Below, in pieces: positions 49,845 through 63,714 of a stretch of DNA of 64,000 nt; position 1 is the first letter of the stretch; each line of letters starts with the position of its first letter. The position numbers and the translations under genes were made by a program. This stretch comes from Eledone cirrhosa (Eukaryota). The notes beneath the pieces were generated by a model, which had not been told where the DNA came from, searched no databases, and saw only the letters and a list, made by a program, of their open reading frames with translations. The DNA lies in NCBI GenBank assembly GCA_964016885.1, contig OZ024740.1:247628001-247692000 (forward strand), given 5' to 3'.

Positions 49845-50500
49845 AGTGTAATTTACTACACAAAACGAAGGTTATAGAGAAAATTGAGGTTGGTAATGGC
49901 ACATGGAATATATAAGAGACAGAATACTTTTTTGTGAAAAAACATATAATTTTATAAGGTAAGTGTGTTTGTATGTGTGTATGTATATATATATGTATGT
50001 GTGGATGAAGGTATGTGTGTATATATAGGTGTAAGTGCACTAAATCCCTTTCTATCAATCTCCCCTCTCCTACCTACCACAAGAAGATATATGTATGTAT
50101 ATTGCTTCCACCCCCTCATTGACCAGCAGCTGGCCATCTGGCCATTGCTAAATTTGACCTTTATAAAATAACCCACACCCCCAAATAACTTCTCATTCAC
50201 TACCAGAAAGGCACCCAGCAGTCAACGAGCTGCTAAACGAGCTGCTACCAAGATGAAAACTACTGTGAAATCCCACAATGGATTTTATACTTGAATTTTC
50301 AAATCTCAAATTTTAACTCTTCTTATTATTAATTTTTCTTAACATTAATCAACATTTGAAAAGATGGCTTTTGGAGACCCATCGAAACCGGTCATTTTTT
50401 ATACTCTTTATTATTTCCTTACCTTATAAAATTATATGTTTTTTCACAAAAAAGTATTCTGTCTCTTATATATTCCATGTGCCATTACCAACCTCAATTT

Positions 50501-50505
<5 letters not shown>
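49841..50505 (+). mobile_element. Non-coding fold-back element with about 85-bp inverted repeats and a variant hammerhead, between (TA)n tracts
   Basis: 49877-49963 is the reverse complement of 50418-50504. Confidence 0.7.
50351..50398 (+). ncRNA. Minimal hammerhead with U3-A8 variant core
   Basis: AACAT-TTGAAAA-GATGG..CCATC-GAAA-CCGG-TC-ATTTT; palindromic ACCGGT stem III, GUC site. Confidence 0.6.
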
Positions 50506-50540
<35 letters not shown>

Positions 50541-50769
50541 GTAGTGGTTACACAACAGTTAGTTCACCATTCCGAGAACAATTGTTTCACCTTAGCGGAT
50601 CCTCAGCTCATAATGGACATGGTTATATGGAACAGGAAGGACAACCGTAAGAACGCGCATGCGCAGAAACGGTCACTTCATTCAGGCAATATTAAATTGC
50701 GTGCGAGAGGTGTAAGTGAGATAACTGCGAAAATCCGAAAGTTTCTAGTTGATAAGAAAATTAGGATGT

Positions 50770-51245
50770 TGTTGTAATTCAATCCTGAGCTTTGTAAGAG
50801 GTGTTTACAGATGTGTGTACAACGTGTGAAGAATTCATTTCTTGGGTTTATGCAATCGCTATTGCGTAATCGCCTTAGAATATTTATTCGTTCATCAATA
50901 CATAGTCCACACGACGGATTGCCCCTTGTGTATGGCTTGGACTTAGTGATGGCTTTCCATTGAATGTAGTAGTCTATACTTGAGTCCCTGAAGGACCATA
51001 CGTAGCTCGCAAGTTTCGTGGATGAATGTCTGTCCGAGTACCTAAAGGTCGACTGGTGGTTCAGGAAGGGTTCCTTAAATCGGCCCTCCGCCATACCCAC
51101 ATAGGATTTGACCTCCTGTGGTTGATTTGGTCGGATGGAAGTGACTTCAGCTAAGAACATGAAGGCCCACATCACCAACACCCCACCAGCGTGCTCTTGC
51201 CGTAAGCCCCAAGCTTGTCCCCTTCAACAGCAATGCAACACTAAA
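50770..51245 (-). pseudogene. PLE GIY-YIG fragment with inverted 5' piece (51145-51245 on plus)
   Basis: Minus: SYVGMAEGRFKEPFLNHQSTF..STKLASYVW..CGLCIDE..INPRNE. Plus: CSCRKPQACPLQQQC linker. Confidence 0.8.
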
Positions 51246-51648
51246 CTTTCTACAGCTAGCTTTCCTTGGTTGGTCATTGATGCAAAAGAGAGCTTGCTAC
51301 TGCCTCCCTTATTTGCGCTTCACCTCGTGCTTTGGGTTTATCCTGGACCTTGGTCAATATGACATCGAGATGTCCCTTGAAAACATCTACATGCACACTC
51401 TATAGACCTCTCAGATGTTTTGGCAGCTTATTAAAAAGCTGGTATCGCTTGAACCCCAGATGCCGAAGGGTTAATGCTAACCCTTCCAGGATCTTCCATA
51501 CGTATATAACTGCGTATCTCTCCCGTCTTCGATCCAGATTTAGTTTTTTCAGCCTCTCCCAGTAGCTCATCTTTCTAATTGAGACAACCCTCTTGGTGTA
51601 ACTTCGTTGGATTTCTTCAAGTTCTACTGTTAGTTTGACTCTGTAGAA

Positions 51649-52147
51649 CAAAGGTCGACAACCTCCATCCCGCGAAGGATTTTTATCCGGCCCGACAAAG
51701 GTTTCAATGTTAGGCTAAGTGATCCCTGAAAAAGTACTCTGAATTATTTTGGATTAGAATACCGACTAGAGAACTTGTCTAGCAACAAGACTCACTTAGC
51801 TGAACGTAATTTTTGCGTGACAGTAACAAACAATCAAACTCAGACACATAGTATCTTATTAAACAATTGACCATTTCTATCTGTATTTTATTTGTAGAAA
51901 GAAATATCATTAAAGTAATATCACATAAAAATAATTGTTCTTCTTTACATCCCTGGATTAAGGTACCCTTTTGGACAGAGCAGTCTGAAGTCAAACAAAT
52001 TTATTATATTTTGATATCATGGCCCACCGACGAGATACCGCATACCTTTTGTGGTCCGTCGACGAGACACGGCATACCTTTGTGGCCCGCTGACAAAACA
52101 CTGTATAGCAATGAGGTCCGCACATCCCAAAAGGTTGCCGACCACTA
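51649..52147. mobile_element. hAT-type non-autonomous DNA transposon (MITE)
   Basis: Imperfect TIRs CAAAGGTCGACAACCT / AGGTTGCCGACCACTA, subterminal GGCCCGC motifs, and a perfect 8-bp TSD CTGTAGAA. Confidence 0.88.
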
Positions 52148-53637
52148 CTGTAGAACAACCACGGCTAAGGACAAATATGGTTTCCGGGTCTCTTGTCCTG
52201 AAAGTCCTCAGAATCCAACCCACCAGTCATCTGCACATTGCCACCATTTTGGTGATATGTACATGAAACGATGCTCATGCCAATACCCAGATCCCATATT
52301 AATTTTGACTCGGGGATTTCAATTCCTCCTGGGCCAGTGTACTTTTGTTGTGGTGGTCCTATCTTAATGGGTTGATAGCGGAGCGCTTGAAACTTACCTG
52401 CATTAAATTGCACATTGTTGTCTTCAGCCCTTTCGTATATGGCATCTAAATGTTGTAAGAGAGTATCATCAACCGGTTTCTTGATTGCCTGTGCTACTAT
52501 CGTGTCATCAGAATAGATTGTGAGTGAGGCTGTCCGTATTACAGATCGCATGTCTGAGAGAGTCACCACAAACAGTAGGGGCCCAAAAATGGTTCCCTCA
52601 GGCACGCCGCTTGTTATTGTTATTGTCGTTTCCTTTGAGAGGGCCGCGTTGGCTACAACAGTCTGGCTTCTTTTAAGAAGACATGAAGCCATTCAGTTAG
52701 GTTTCTAGATATGCCAAAGCTACGTAGTTTGTGACATCATTCCATGATCAACCTTGTCGAAAGCCTTCGCAAAGTCGAGATATATCAGATTCACGTTCGA
52801 ACGGTCCAACAGCTGTTTCAGTATCCAGTCATAATGCTGTAAGAGCTGCGTAAAACAACTTCTACCTGGGCAAAAGCTATGCTGGTTGTCAGTTAGAAGA
52901 CCATTTTCCTCTAAAAAATTAATCAGCTTCCCTCTGACGATTCGTTCCATGACTTTCCTGATATGTGAAGTGAGGGAGACAGATCTGTAGTTTCTGGCAT
53001 CTGCTCTGCCTCTTCCTTTGTTGATACAACATATTATGCCTTCTTTTAGTTTTCCGGGTAGTTTACCATTTGTAATGTTTGCTTGCATATTTTTTCGGAG
53101 GATTGCTGAGAAACCATCATGGCCAGCAGCTGAATTTGGTCTCATTTCGTCTATGGCTGATATTACATCTTTGACCTTTATTTGGTTGTTGGTTGCCATG
53201 TCTCTGTGTAATGCATTTGTATTGAAGAACTCATCTGGCTTATTTATTTGCATGTGACTCATTGGACGTGTGAAAACACTTTGGTATGCTTCATTCAGTA
53301 CTCCACTTATCCGGTCAGTGAGCCACTTCAATGGAAAAGTGGCTCTATCCCGTAGTGTACTGAGGCGGTCTCCTTTGCCAATTTAAAGAAGGCCTTATGT
53401 TTTACGTTTTCTACTGACCTGGTTTCTCTTTCTGTCCTCTCCTTTTCATGGGAGAGTTTGAGTTCATTTTCAAATTGAAACAGTGCCTGTTTCAAATGGG
53501 ATTCCTTCTTGTTCCTTATTTGTATATGTAGTCGGTTTGAGATCTTCGTTCTCCTTCTCATAAGGAATTTTTTGTCTTCGGGAATAATATTTTTGTGTCT
53601 ATTGCTCTTTCTTTCCGGGACAAAGTTAAAGCGTATG

Positions 53638-56600
53638 TGTTGTAGGGAAAAACCCTGAAAGCGGACTAGAGGAAATGTCTATATATAATAACTGAATTGA
53701 ACTGTCAGTAGACTGTGTATAAAGTGTCTTATTGTAGTGATCTCGGTGGTAGTTCGAAATTACATCTGGTGGATATTTTGGTTTTACCTTCGTTCATACA
53801 GATATACTAACAGGTGTAACACCCCATTATAACAATGGCGACGAGTTAATCGAAACTTACGTTGGATTGATTTTTTTTTTTTTTTTTTTTGTAAAAACAA
53901 AAAAACTTCTTAATTTGGAAGATTTACTAGCCCAAGTGGTACAGTTGCGACAACAACAACAGTTAATAGAATTAATATAGAAGAAAATAGAAAATACGTC
54001 AAGTTTGTTCACCCAAGACGCTGTGGCGAACTCAATTGGAGAATTCGCATATAACCCAGATGAGGATATTACCTTCTCCGCTTACTTTAGAAGACATGAG
54101 GAAATTTCCGAGAAGAATGCAGCGGCTGGGAAGACGAAAAAAAACACGACTTTTGAGAAAGTTGGCAGCAGTCGAACATGAAAAATACTGCAACTATATT
54201 CTACCGAAGAAACCAGATGGGATCTGTTTTGAGGAAACAATAAATATCCTGTCAAAAATTGTTAGCGATAAAAGTTCTTTAACACCTGTTGGCAGTGTAT
54301 GAATCTGGCGAAAAAAGATGACGAAGATTTTGTCACGTATGCTGGGATCGTTACAAAGGAATGCGAAAGATTTAAACTTAATGAACTAACCCCAGACATG
54401 TTTAAATGCTTAATTTTTATGCAAGGATTAACTGCAAAGAAAGATGCAGAAATTCGTACCAGAATTCTGACAAAATTAGAGCAGAATCAGATCTTAACAT
54501 TACAGGAAATATCTGAGGAATGTCAGAGAATTATAAATCTGAGTCATCGAAAGAATCGAAGAGAGAGACTGCTCTCATATACAGTTTGTGCGATCTTAAG
54601 TAGAAAAACAAAAAATTAATCCATGTTTGGGATGTGGAGGATTACATTTCAGATATGATTGTCCTTTCAAAAACTTAAAGTGATTCGAGTGGGGGAGAGT
54701 AGGACATGAAAAATCACACTGCAAAACAAAACCAAGAAAAAGGTCCAACAGGAAAAATTATGTCGGCGGGAAAAAAATTGAGACTCGAAGGAAATTTGTG
54801 TATGTAAACATTAACAATGTTAAATTCCAGTTAGATACAGATAGCGACATTACTATAATCAATGAAGACACGTGAAAAGCAACCAGGAAACCTACAATAA
54901 ATAAAACTTTGAAGATTTTACATAGCGTTTCGGGGAAGAAGTTATTTTTTAAAGGCGAAATAGTAAGTTACGTTACATTTCGTGGCAAGACCGTAAAAGC
55001 TAAATCTTATGTATTAAGGTATACAACAAATCTTTTCGGTACTGACTGGATGGATCTGTTCGACTTTATTTACCCATTAAAATATTTTGTAAAAATGTAA
55101 TTGGGTCGTCCACCAGTTCAAACAAAGCGTCAGAAAATCTTTTTTAAAAATTGAAAAGGTGGTTCCCCGATGTTTTTTCGGACGAGCTAGGTTGTTGTAC
55201 TAAAACTAAATTTCAAGAGAAAGAAAATGTGACACCTTTATTTAAACCCAAACATAATGTACCGTTTGCAGCATTAGATCAAGTCAACAAAAAATTAAAT
55301 AGACTGGGAAAAATGAGCGGCTCCAACAGTGTATATATAAAAAAAAAAATAATAATAAAATTCGTGTGTGTGTATGTGTGCAGGCTTTTCGACAGGACTA
55401 AACGAATGCTTAAGACCACACAACTACCCGTTGCCAAGTCCAGAGGAAATTTTTGCGAGACTAAACGGTAGAAATTCTTTATCGAAATTAGACCTTTCTG
55501 AAGCTTACCTACAAATACAAGTTGAATGTACAAAGTTGTTCACAATAAATACGCATAAACCTTTGTACAAATTTGACCGACATCCCTTTGGCATAAAAGT
55601 TGCTCCGGCTATATTCCAACAAGATACGATGCTGGCAGATTGTTATTTCACGATTACATAGTTGGACGGCGTATTAATGAAAAGTGAATCTCATAATCAG
55701 CATGTCAAGTGTGTTTTGGAAAAGATAACAGAAAATGGGTTCAAACTCAGCGATGAGAAGTGGGAATTTTTCTTGCCTAGAATAAAGTACCTAGGACAAA
55801 TCATCGATAAAAATGGACATCAATCAGATCCGTCAAGGGCTAGTCCAATTAAAAATATGCCCCCACCGAAAAACGTTACTATGTTACAGGCATTTGGGGG
55901 GTTTGCGAACTATTATCAAATATATATTCCGAATATGCATAATGTAAGAACTCCACTAAATAATCTGCTAGAAAAGACGTAAAGTGGAATTGGACTAAGT
56001 GCCAGAAGGCGTTTGAAGAAATAAAAAACATTAACATAAAACTTATTAGTTCATTATGACCCCAAAATAGAAATCGTATTGGCTTCAGATGCTAGTGAGT
56101 ATGGTATTGGAGCCATGATTCTGCACAAATATGATGATGGTAGCTCAAAAGCCGTAGCTCATGCCTCACGTTCTCTACTACCAGCAGAACATAATTACAG
56201 CCAAATTGAAAAAGAGGTGTTAGCTATAATCTTTGCTGGGAAAAAATTTCACAAGTTTATTCATGGAAGGAGTTTTTGTTTACAGACTGATGACCATCCT
56301 TTGTTGTCAATATATGGATCAAAGCAGGGAATTCCCACCCATACAGCAAATAGATTACAGCGCTGGGGCACCATTTTATTAAATTATGATTTTAAGATGG
56401 AATATCTGCCAATCAAAAAAATAGGAAATACTGCTGGTTTATCAAGATTGATACCTAAAAATAGTGAACTATTTGAAGACAACAGTGATACGGGCTTTAA
56501 GAGCTGAAAAGGAAATAAAAAGTATATTGTGTAACGTAGTACGGGAATTACCTGTTACCTTAGAAGAAATAAAATTAAAAGCAGAAGGCGTTTTTATTAC

Positions 56601-57786
56601 GGAAATGAAAAGATTACTGAGAGCAGACAAAATAAATAGAAATATGAGGTTTGCAGAACACAACCCAGATTCTAACTCGTACTCGATTTGTGACAATGTA
56701 CTGATGTATGCACAAAGAGTAGTAATGCCGGTCACACTACAAAAGCGATATTAAAAGAATTTCACATTGGTCATCCGGGAATATCAAGAAGGAAAGCTCT
56801 TATGAGAAGTTATGTATATATATATATACAAAATGGACCAAGAGATCGAAAACTTGGTAACATCCTGCAGAGGTGTTGCTCTGGCAGCAAAATCGCCTAC
56901 CACAAAATTTCAACCTTGACCAAAGACGGATATTCCATGGTCCAGACTACATATAGATTTTGCAGGTCCACTAAACGGATCAGATTACCTTGTAGTGGTT
57001 GTAGGTGGATTGGCAGTATCGGTAGAAGGTCGGACGCCATGCTTTGCAGCATAGTTACGCCCGTTTAATGTCTGAGTTCAAATCCCGCCGAAGATAACTT
57101 TGCCTTTCACCCTTATTTGGTCGACAAACTAAAGCACCAGTAATGCACTGGGATAATCGCTGGCCTTGTGCAAAAAGTAGAAACAATTATCTTGTAATGG
57201 TAGATAGCTTTTACTATGTGGCCTAAAATCTGTAAGTGTAAAAAAAACCAGCCTCGGTTACAGTAAGTTTTTTACACGAATTGTTTGCAATTCCAGATAC
57301 CACAGTTTCTGATAATGAGACAAATACCCCTGCAGGCATGGCATCTACGGAATTGATGTTTGCAAGGTAGATTAAGTCAGTGTTTGACAAATTGTTACCG
57401 GGTCGAAAAAGAAAAATATTGGACAACAAAAATAATACAAAATTTTTCAAAATTGGCGACAAAGTATATTTTAGAATGTATAAAATGGTAATGTGGGAAG
57501 GTGGCATGATAAGTAAACAAATTGGGAAAATGTTGTATGTGGTAAAAGGTCACGAATGGGAATATTAGAGGCATAAATCAGTTTTAAAACAAGGTTTGCT
57601 GAAGAAAGGTTCACGAAAAATGAAGAACCAATGGGAGTGTTATATATTTTGATGTGCCAACCCCCAAAGAAATCGTTGATCCTACTCGTACAAGGAAACG
57701 TGCAGAATTATTAGAAGTGGATCCAAAACGTAAAAAATATTAAGCTCCAGACGGAGTTTAGTTCTCTAAAAGGGAGAGGTGGGGTG

Positions 57787-57834
<48 letters not shown>

Positions 57835-58077
57835 ACACTCCCGAGGAAGAGGAATCTCAAAAGGGAAGATGTAGGAAAAAACCAACACCCCCCGCATAAC
57901 TAAAAGTGGACTATGCGAAATATCTATAAATAATAACTGAAGTGAACTGTCAGTAGACTGTATAAGGAGTCTCATTGTAGTGGTCTAGTTGGTAGTTCGA
58001 AATTATGTCTGGTGAATATTTCGGTTTTACCTTCATTCATACAAATATCCTAACAGGTGTAACACCATATTATAACA
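53638..58077 (+). mobile_element. Decayed Ty3/Gypsy (Mag-like) LTR retrotransposon
   Basis: LTRs at 53638-53834 and about 57870-58077; PBS TGGCGACGAG; PPT AAAAGGGAGAGG; TSD GTATG/ATATG. Gag CCHC, protease LDTD, RT (LDLSEAYLQ, PFGIKVAPAIFQ), RNase H (DASEYGIG, NYSQIEKE) and integrase remnants. Confidence 0.9.
57001..57190 (+). mobile_element. SINE inserted in the Gypsy integrase
   Basis: Same family as 32.5 kb; flanking repeat CTTGTA[G/A]TGGT. Confidence 0.85.
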
Positions 58078-59221
58078 ATATGGCTTGTAATATTTCCATG
58101 AATTGCTTAAGTTGTATGTTATCTTCCATAGAGAGACTGTCGGTCCAGTTTTGTTTCAGGAGCTCCTCCTGAATCCAGTTCCAGTTAGCTTTGTGAAAGT
58201 TTAAGCTGGATAAAAACAGTGCTTCCTGTCGGCTGCATATCTACAGTCTTCCTCGGACTATATATTACTAGTAATGGTGCGAGAGAATCGTTGGTTTCAC
58301 TTTCACATTGTTGACGAGATCCATATTATTCGTGAAGCAGAGATCCAGAGTATTCTCACCTCTTGTTGGATGAAATACCATTTGTTCCATGATGTATCTG
58401 TTTGTAAGGTCCTACAAGGATTATGTCTGCCTTTGTTCAAGTGTCGTCATTCCTTAGAGAGGGTGACCTTCGGTTAAAATCTCCCAGCAGCAGCATGCTG
58501 AGACTCTGATCCAAATTGATCAGCACTTCTACAATCCTTCTGGGGCTATTATCAAACTTTGTCCTCGTGTCTGGGGAAATTTGGTGGTCGATATGTGACA
58601 AATATTACCATTTTGAGTTGCCTTGCGTATATTATTAGCATTTCATAGACAGAGGTGGAATGTAACAACGATACTAATGGTGTGACATCTTCACAGACGT
58701 ACAAAGCAGATCCACCATGAGTTGTCTCCCTCCTTTCAGTAAGAAATACAACATAGTTTGGTATGTGTATCTCCGTAACTGCTATGCTTGATGTCAGATG
58801 AGTTTCTGTTGGTACCATACATATTGCTTGATTGCTTGTGGCTAGGTCTCATAAGTAAGAGATTTTACACAGGCTGCTCAGTTTTACCAAGTCTCTGACA
58901 TTTAGTAGTAGCACTGGTGTGACATATGGGGTATCAGTGGTGGCCACCCTGGGTCCTTTATCTGTGGTGATCACGAGTATTGATATGACTGACTTTGGTT
59001 TTGTATCTAATGAAGCTAAGTCAACTGTCTCACAATCTTTTCCGCTATTTTTTAAAAAGACTTGGTCTGCAGCTACAGTCTGTACTGCTTCCACATACTG
59101 TCTCCTCTTCATCAGAGCAGTATGTGCAGCCTCAGCATACTTCCTGGGCAGTGACCCTGTGTTTTGCGTTATTTTCCCATGTTGGTTTTGACTTTGGTAG
59201 TTGGCATGAGAAGATTGGGCA

Positions 59222-59761
59222 TTACTTGCATAGTCTGGGGTGTGCAAAACTGCAGCTTGTCCCTGCTTCCCCATGCCAGCAGGTCCCTTTCTTGAAGAAC
59301 TTACAGAGTACTTGGGCTTTCGTTTTCGCAGGATCTCTGTTTTTCCTAGTTCTAGTTTTCTTCGCCTTAGTATTTATCCACTGGTCATCTCCTGTCTGTT
59401 TATTTGTGCTTTTCTTCTTATTGGAGTCTGCCTGATGGTTCTTTACTTTACCTTTGTTGCATTCCAGTGTTTCCTTTTCATTTTCTTCACTGATTTTATC
59501 TGTGTCGCAGACCATTTCACTATTAACGGTTTTCAGCTCCTCCCGGGTTTCCGCGGGTCCTTTGTGTCTCGTATTTTTCAGTTTTCTGCTTCTTCCGTCT
59601 CCTCTGTGAAAATATGACTCAGCTGATCCATGTGTGGCCTGATGAGCGCATAGGCACGAATAAATTTGATCTTTTTCCACTGTATCTGCGCCAACGTTCT
59701 CAGAAAAACAGTTTTTCAGGGTCTCCTTAATTAGTTTATTTGATGGAGAAACACCGGCCAA
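59222..59761 (-). pseudogene. LINE ORF1 remnant with CCCH-type zinc finger
   Basis: LCKFFKKGTCWHGEAGTSCSFAHPRLCK, directly upstream of the APE domain. Confidence 0.7.
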
Positions 59762-60399
59762 ACTCCATGCTCAGAGCATTATCGTCAATTCTTTCAATTT
59801 CCATTTGCGTTGACTATTGTTTTTATTTCCATGAGCAATGTTCGTATTGTCGTGTATTTCATTGGGTTTTCACAAGAAAGAAATGAAAAATATGTTCGTT
59901 CTTACCATATTATCATGATAATTAATTAAAGTAAATAAAATAAAAATACCTACCTTAAATATTTCAATAATTAATTAAATAAATAGATGCTAGATAATAA
60001 TAGAATAATTAATTAAATAATTGAGACGAAATACTCACAATTACTATTTCAATAAATAAAATACTTTAGCGAAAGATATTCAGAAGATAACAATAAGAAA
60101 ATATGAAAAAAACAACAGGATGCTACGGTGTAACTCCAAAATTACTGAAAATAATGAAAGAAAAATAAAAGAAAATAGAAAAAGTATATCATTTCCCACG
60201 TATTTTAAGATGTATCGAATTAAGAATAAATTATGAAAAAGATTTACTTATGCTGAGCCAAGCATGTGCGCAGGCATATATTTTCAATTCAAGACGTTAT
60301 AAACATTAATATGCGTATACTTTTACTTTACAATGCTTTGAAGTTAGGTTTGAAACAAGGAAATTACAGTTTAATGAAATTTTTTACGAGCGAAGAAAA

Positions 60400-62200
60400 A
60401 CAACGACCAGCCACCATTATATCCAAGCTTGGATGTGTTGGACGGGCCCTTCTCAGCTCGGCATATCTCTACTTGTCTCGTTCCTTTGTCATCTCCTTTC
60501 CCAGTTTTAGCGATTTGAGGTCAGCTCTCACAACCTTTGCCCATGTCTTTCCTCGAGGTCCTTTACTGCAGCTTCCTTCCACTGGGATTTCCAGTGGAAT
60601 ATCATTGTCAATGCACACCACATGCCCATACCAACGTAGTCTTCTCTCATGCACACCACCTCGGATTCTTAAACCCAGCTTCTCCCTCAGCTCCTGCAGC
60701 CACTGCCTTTCTCTCTCATTACACATCCAATGAAGCATGGTTGCTTCATTTCTCTCCAGTCTACCCATATCCTCTGCACTCACAGTCCTTGTTTCACTAC
60801 CATACAGCATCTCACTTGTCATACAGTCGTCCTTTTGTACATTTGGTGAAACCTTTTTGTCAATAGTGGGGTAGTTCTCTAAACTTCTTCCATCCTATCT
60901 TTATTCTAGCTATTATAATCTCAGCACACCCTCCACTGCTTATTAAGTCACCTAGATAGTAGAAGCTATCAACCACGTCTATGGATCTTTCCTCCCGATT
61001 ATTCCTGTGTATCTTCTACATGCAAATTTCTCCCTTCCTGTTAGTCTACTCGTTATACCACTATATCTCTTGTGTACACATTGTATGGGGTTTATGCTTA
61101 CTCCTTTTATCGATATTGAGCAAGGCCAATTCTCTGGAGCAATCTGGGTCCTATCTTTCCTACTCACTAGAACTTTAGTTTTGGTTACGTTTACTCTCAG
61201 ACCTTTTGATTCCAAATTCAGTTTCCATAATCGGAATTTATGTTCTATTTCTTTTTTGGTTTCAACTATAAGGACCAAATCATCTGCATAGAGAATTTCC
61301 AATTGACAGCTCATTTCAAACTCCTCTGTTATGGCTTGGAGAACTACGATCAACTCCTACCTGAACCTTGAATTCCTCACTAAACTCATTTTCTACTCTC
61401 ACTCTACTGACAGCTCTTCTGTAAGTAGCTTGAACTGCTCTCACCAACCATTCTTCTTTACCTAATTTCCTTAAGGACCCCTGGATAATAGATAGAAGTA
61501 CTCTGTCAAAAGCCTTTTCTCGATCAAAAAAAGCTAAATAGGGCGGCTTATCTTTGGCTAGGAACTTCTCTTGTAGTTGCCTAAGAAGAGGGCATCTGTG
61601 ATACTTTTCCTAGGTATGAAACCACACTGCATCTCACTTATTTTGAATCTTTCCATAATTAGCTGTGCTATTACTCTTTCTCTCACTTTCATACCTTATT
61701 CCATTAGTTGCATTCCTCTACAGCATCACTTTTGCCTTTGTACTAATTTATGATTTTACTGCTGCGCCAGTCATCGTGTATGACACCGTCATGTTTTTTT
61801 TTTATTTACTATGCCTGTTACTAGTTTGACCCCTACCTCTCTCGATGCTTTTAGCATTTCAGCAATTATTTATGATGGTCCCGCAGCTTCACCGTTCTTC
61901 ATTTCCTTCATTGCATCTATTTCCTTGGTTGCATCTTTGACCCTAAAATTGTCAACTTCAATAGGTGGTCCTTCCTTTGGGTAAGTTCGGGGTAGTTTCT
62001 CTTCCTCCCATTCCTTCTCTACATTCATTAATCTCTGATAGTGACATTTCGAGGCTTCTTTCTCTTAGGCACCAGTAGTGCTAAGTGCACCAGCGTCGTT
62101 TCTGACACATTTTTCCAAATAATATCTTGATTCACACTAACACACTGCCTTACAATATGGAACACTTCACAACTTTGGTCTTCACATCTCAAGACATTGG
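60400..62200 (-). pseudogene. 5'-truncated decayed RTE-clade LINE
   Basis: EILYADDLVLI, GLRVNVTKTKV, FYYLGD, MLYGSET, RRLRWYGHV, GPRGKTW. Confidence 0.85.
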
Positions 62201-62559
62201 TAAATTTACTTTCTTCAGTCTCTCTCCGAGGTGTGTATACCTGTCGCCTAGCTTCTTTCTTAGTTACCTGGTCTTTCTTAGGGCCTTTCTAAATTGGTTA
62301 GCTAGTTCACCTCCAGGGGCTGCATCCACGAGCATGAGACTCTGGTACTCTGGTTGTCGTACCATGAGTTGGCTTTCTCTATCTGTTGTCTAATCTATCT
62401 CTGCTATTCCATGATTTGCTCCTGTACAATGGGAAAATCCCTTTCATGTCTATCTCCATGAGGGTCTTACATTTTGCCGTGACTCCTTTGTACACCCTGA
62501 TTCTGTCTCTTTGGTTGTAGCCCTAAGAAACATCTATTTAAATATCAAAGTGGTAGAAA

Positions 62560-62975
62560 ATCCATTAACTACCATAAGATCTCTGATCAGTAAAACCTAC
62601 CCCTTTACGAAACACCACTGTACAAATAAGAAATGTGTAATAAGTAGAATAAGTCCACAAAAAATTGTAAAACTAGAAATGTAGTCTATAGTGTAAGATG
62701 TACAGAGGGTGCTTGCAGAAACATGACAACATACATAGGAGAGACAGCTGGGAGCATAGGAGAGGGACTAGATGAACACTGGAGTGTACTAAATGTACCA
62801 AAAGACAATTAAATACTATATGAACACGCCAGACTAATACATGATAGTAATATAGACAATAGAAATTAAAATAATATCGAAACGTAGGAATGACTCAACA
62901 ATTAGACAAATTAGGGAGGTTACAGAAATAGAACTAAATAATCCTAGGCTGAACAGAAAACATGAGTGGAATAAC
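62560..62975 (+). pseudogene. PLE GIY-YIG fragment
   Basis: NCKTRNVVYSVRC..TYIGETAGSIGEGLDEHW..IYEHA..LNNPRLNRKHEW. Confidence 0.7.
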
Positions 62976-63486
62976 AACTATACACAAACACATAATTGTG
63001 ATCAAACATAAATAAATATAAATACGCACAGATGCAATAACAACACCTACACATAAACACACAGTGGTGGCGAAAGGTAGAATATTAGAATATAACACAT
63101 AAACACACAGAGACTCGGACATGAACACACGAAAACACACCAAAGAGAACACACCGACACAAATGCATGCGCAAACAAGGACAACAATAAATATATAAAT
63201 AAAATAGAATAAGAAAACATTACAGCAATACAACTGATGGAAAACATCCCAGGTGATACCACAGTTGTGTGAAGAAAGAACTCTGAGAAACTATGTTTAT
63301 ATTAATATTTTGAACTGTTGGTTAATCAATGATAAACATTGATTGCCAGCTGAATTAATTATAGGAGAAATATACTGAAGCGAAAACCAACCCAAACCAA
63401 ACTGAGTGTGTTTACCATATTTTTCTGGCAATATTATAAGAACATGACCATCCCCAAATACAACTATCTCTCTCTATATATATGTA

Positions 63487-63654
<168 letters not shown>

Positions 63655-63671
63655 AATTGGCATAGAGGTAT

Positions 63672-63714
63672 ACAGTCCCGATGAAGGGTAATGACCCAGA
63701 AATATGTTGATTGT
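63672..63714 (+). ncRNA. Minimal hammerhead-like motif (32.3/47.5-kb family)
   Basis: ACAGTC-CCGATGA-A-GGGT AATG ACCC-A-GAAA-TAT-GTT-GATTGT, in a repeat flanked by (TA)n. Confidence 0.6.

Larger units (their letters stand above)
51255..60400 (-). mobile_element. Near full-length decayed CR1/Jockey-group LINE, interrupted by a hAT MITE and a Gypsy element
   Basis: ORF1 (59222-59761), APE (LLLNVRDL, TETHL, TYRPP), RT (YLDFAKAFDKVDH, SGVPEGTIFGP, YSDDT) and 3' SYWERLKKLNL..RRRERY, colinear across the insertions. Confidence 0.85.

Noticed and set aside
63678-63684. A second genuine U4C hammerhead variant
   Set aside because: Family members at 32360 and 47.5 kb have the canonical U4, so this is likely decay.
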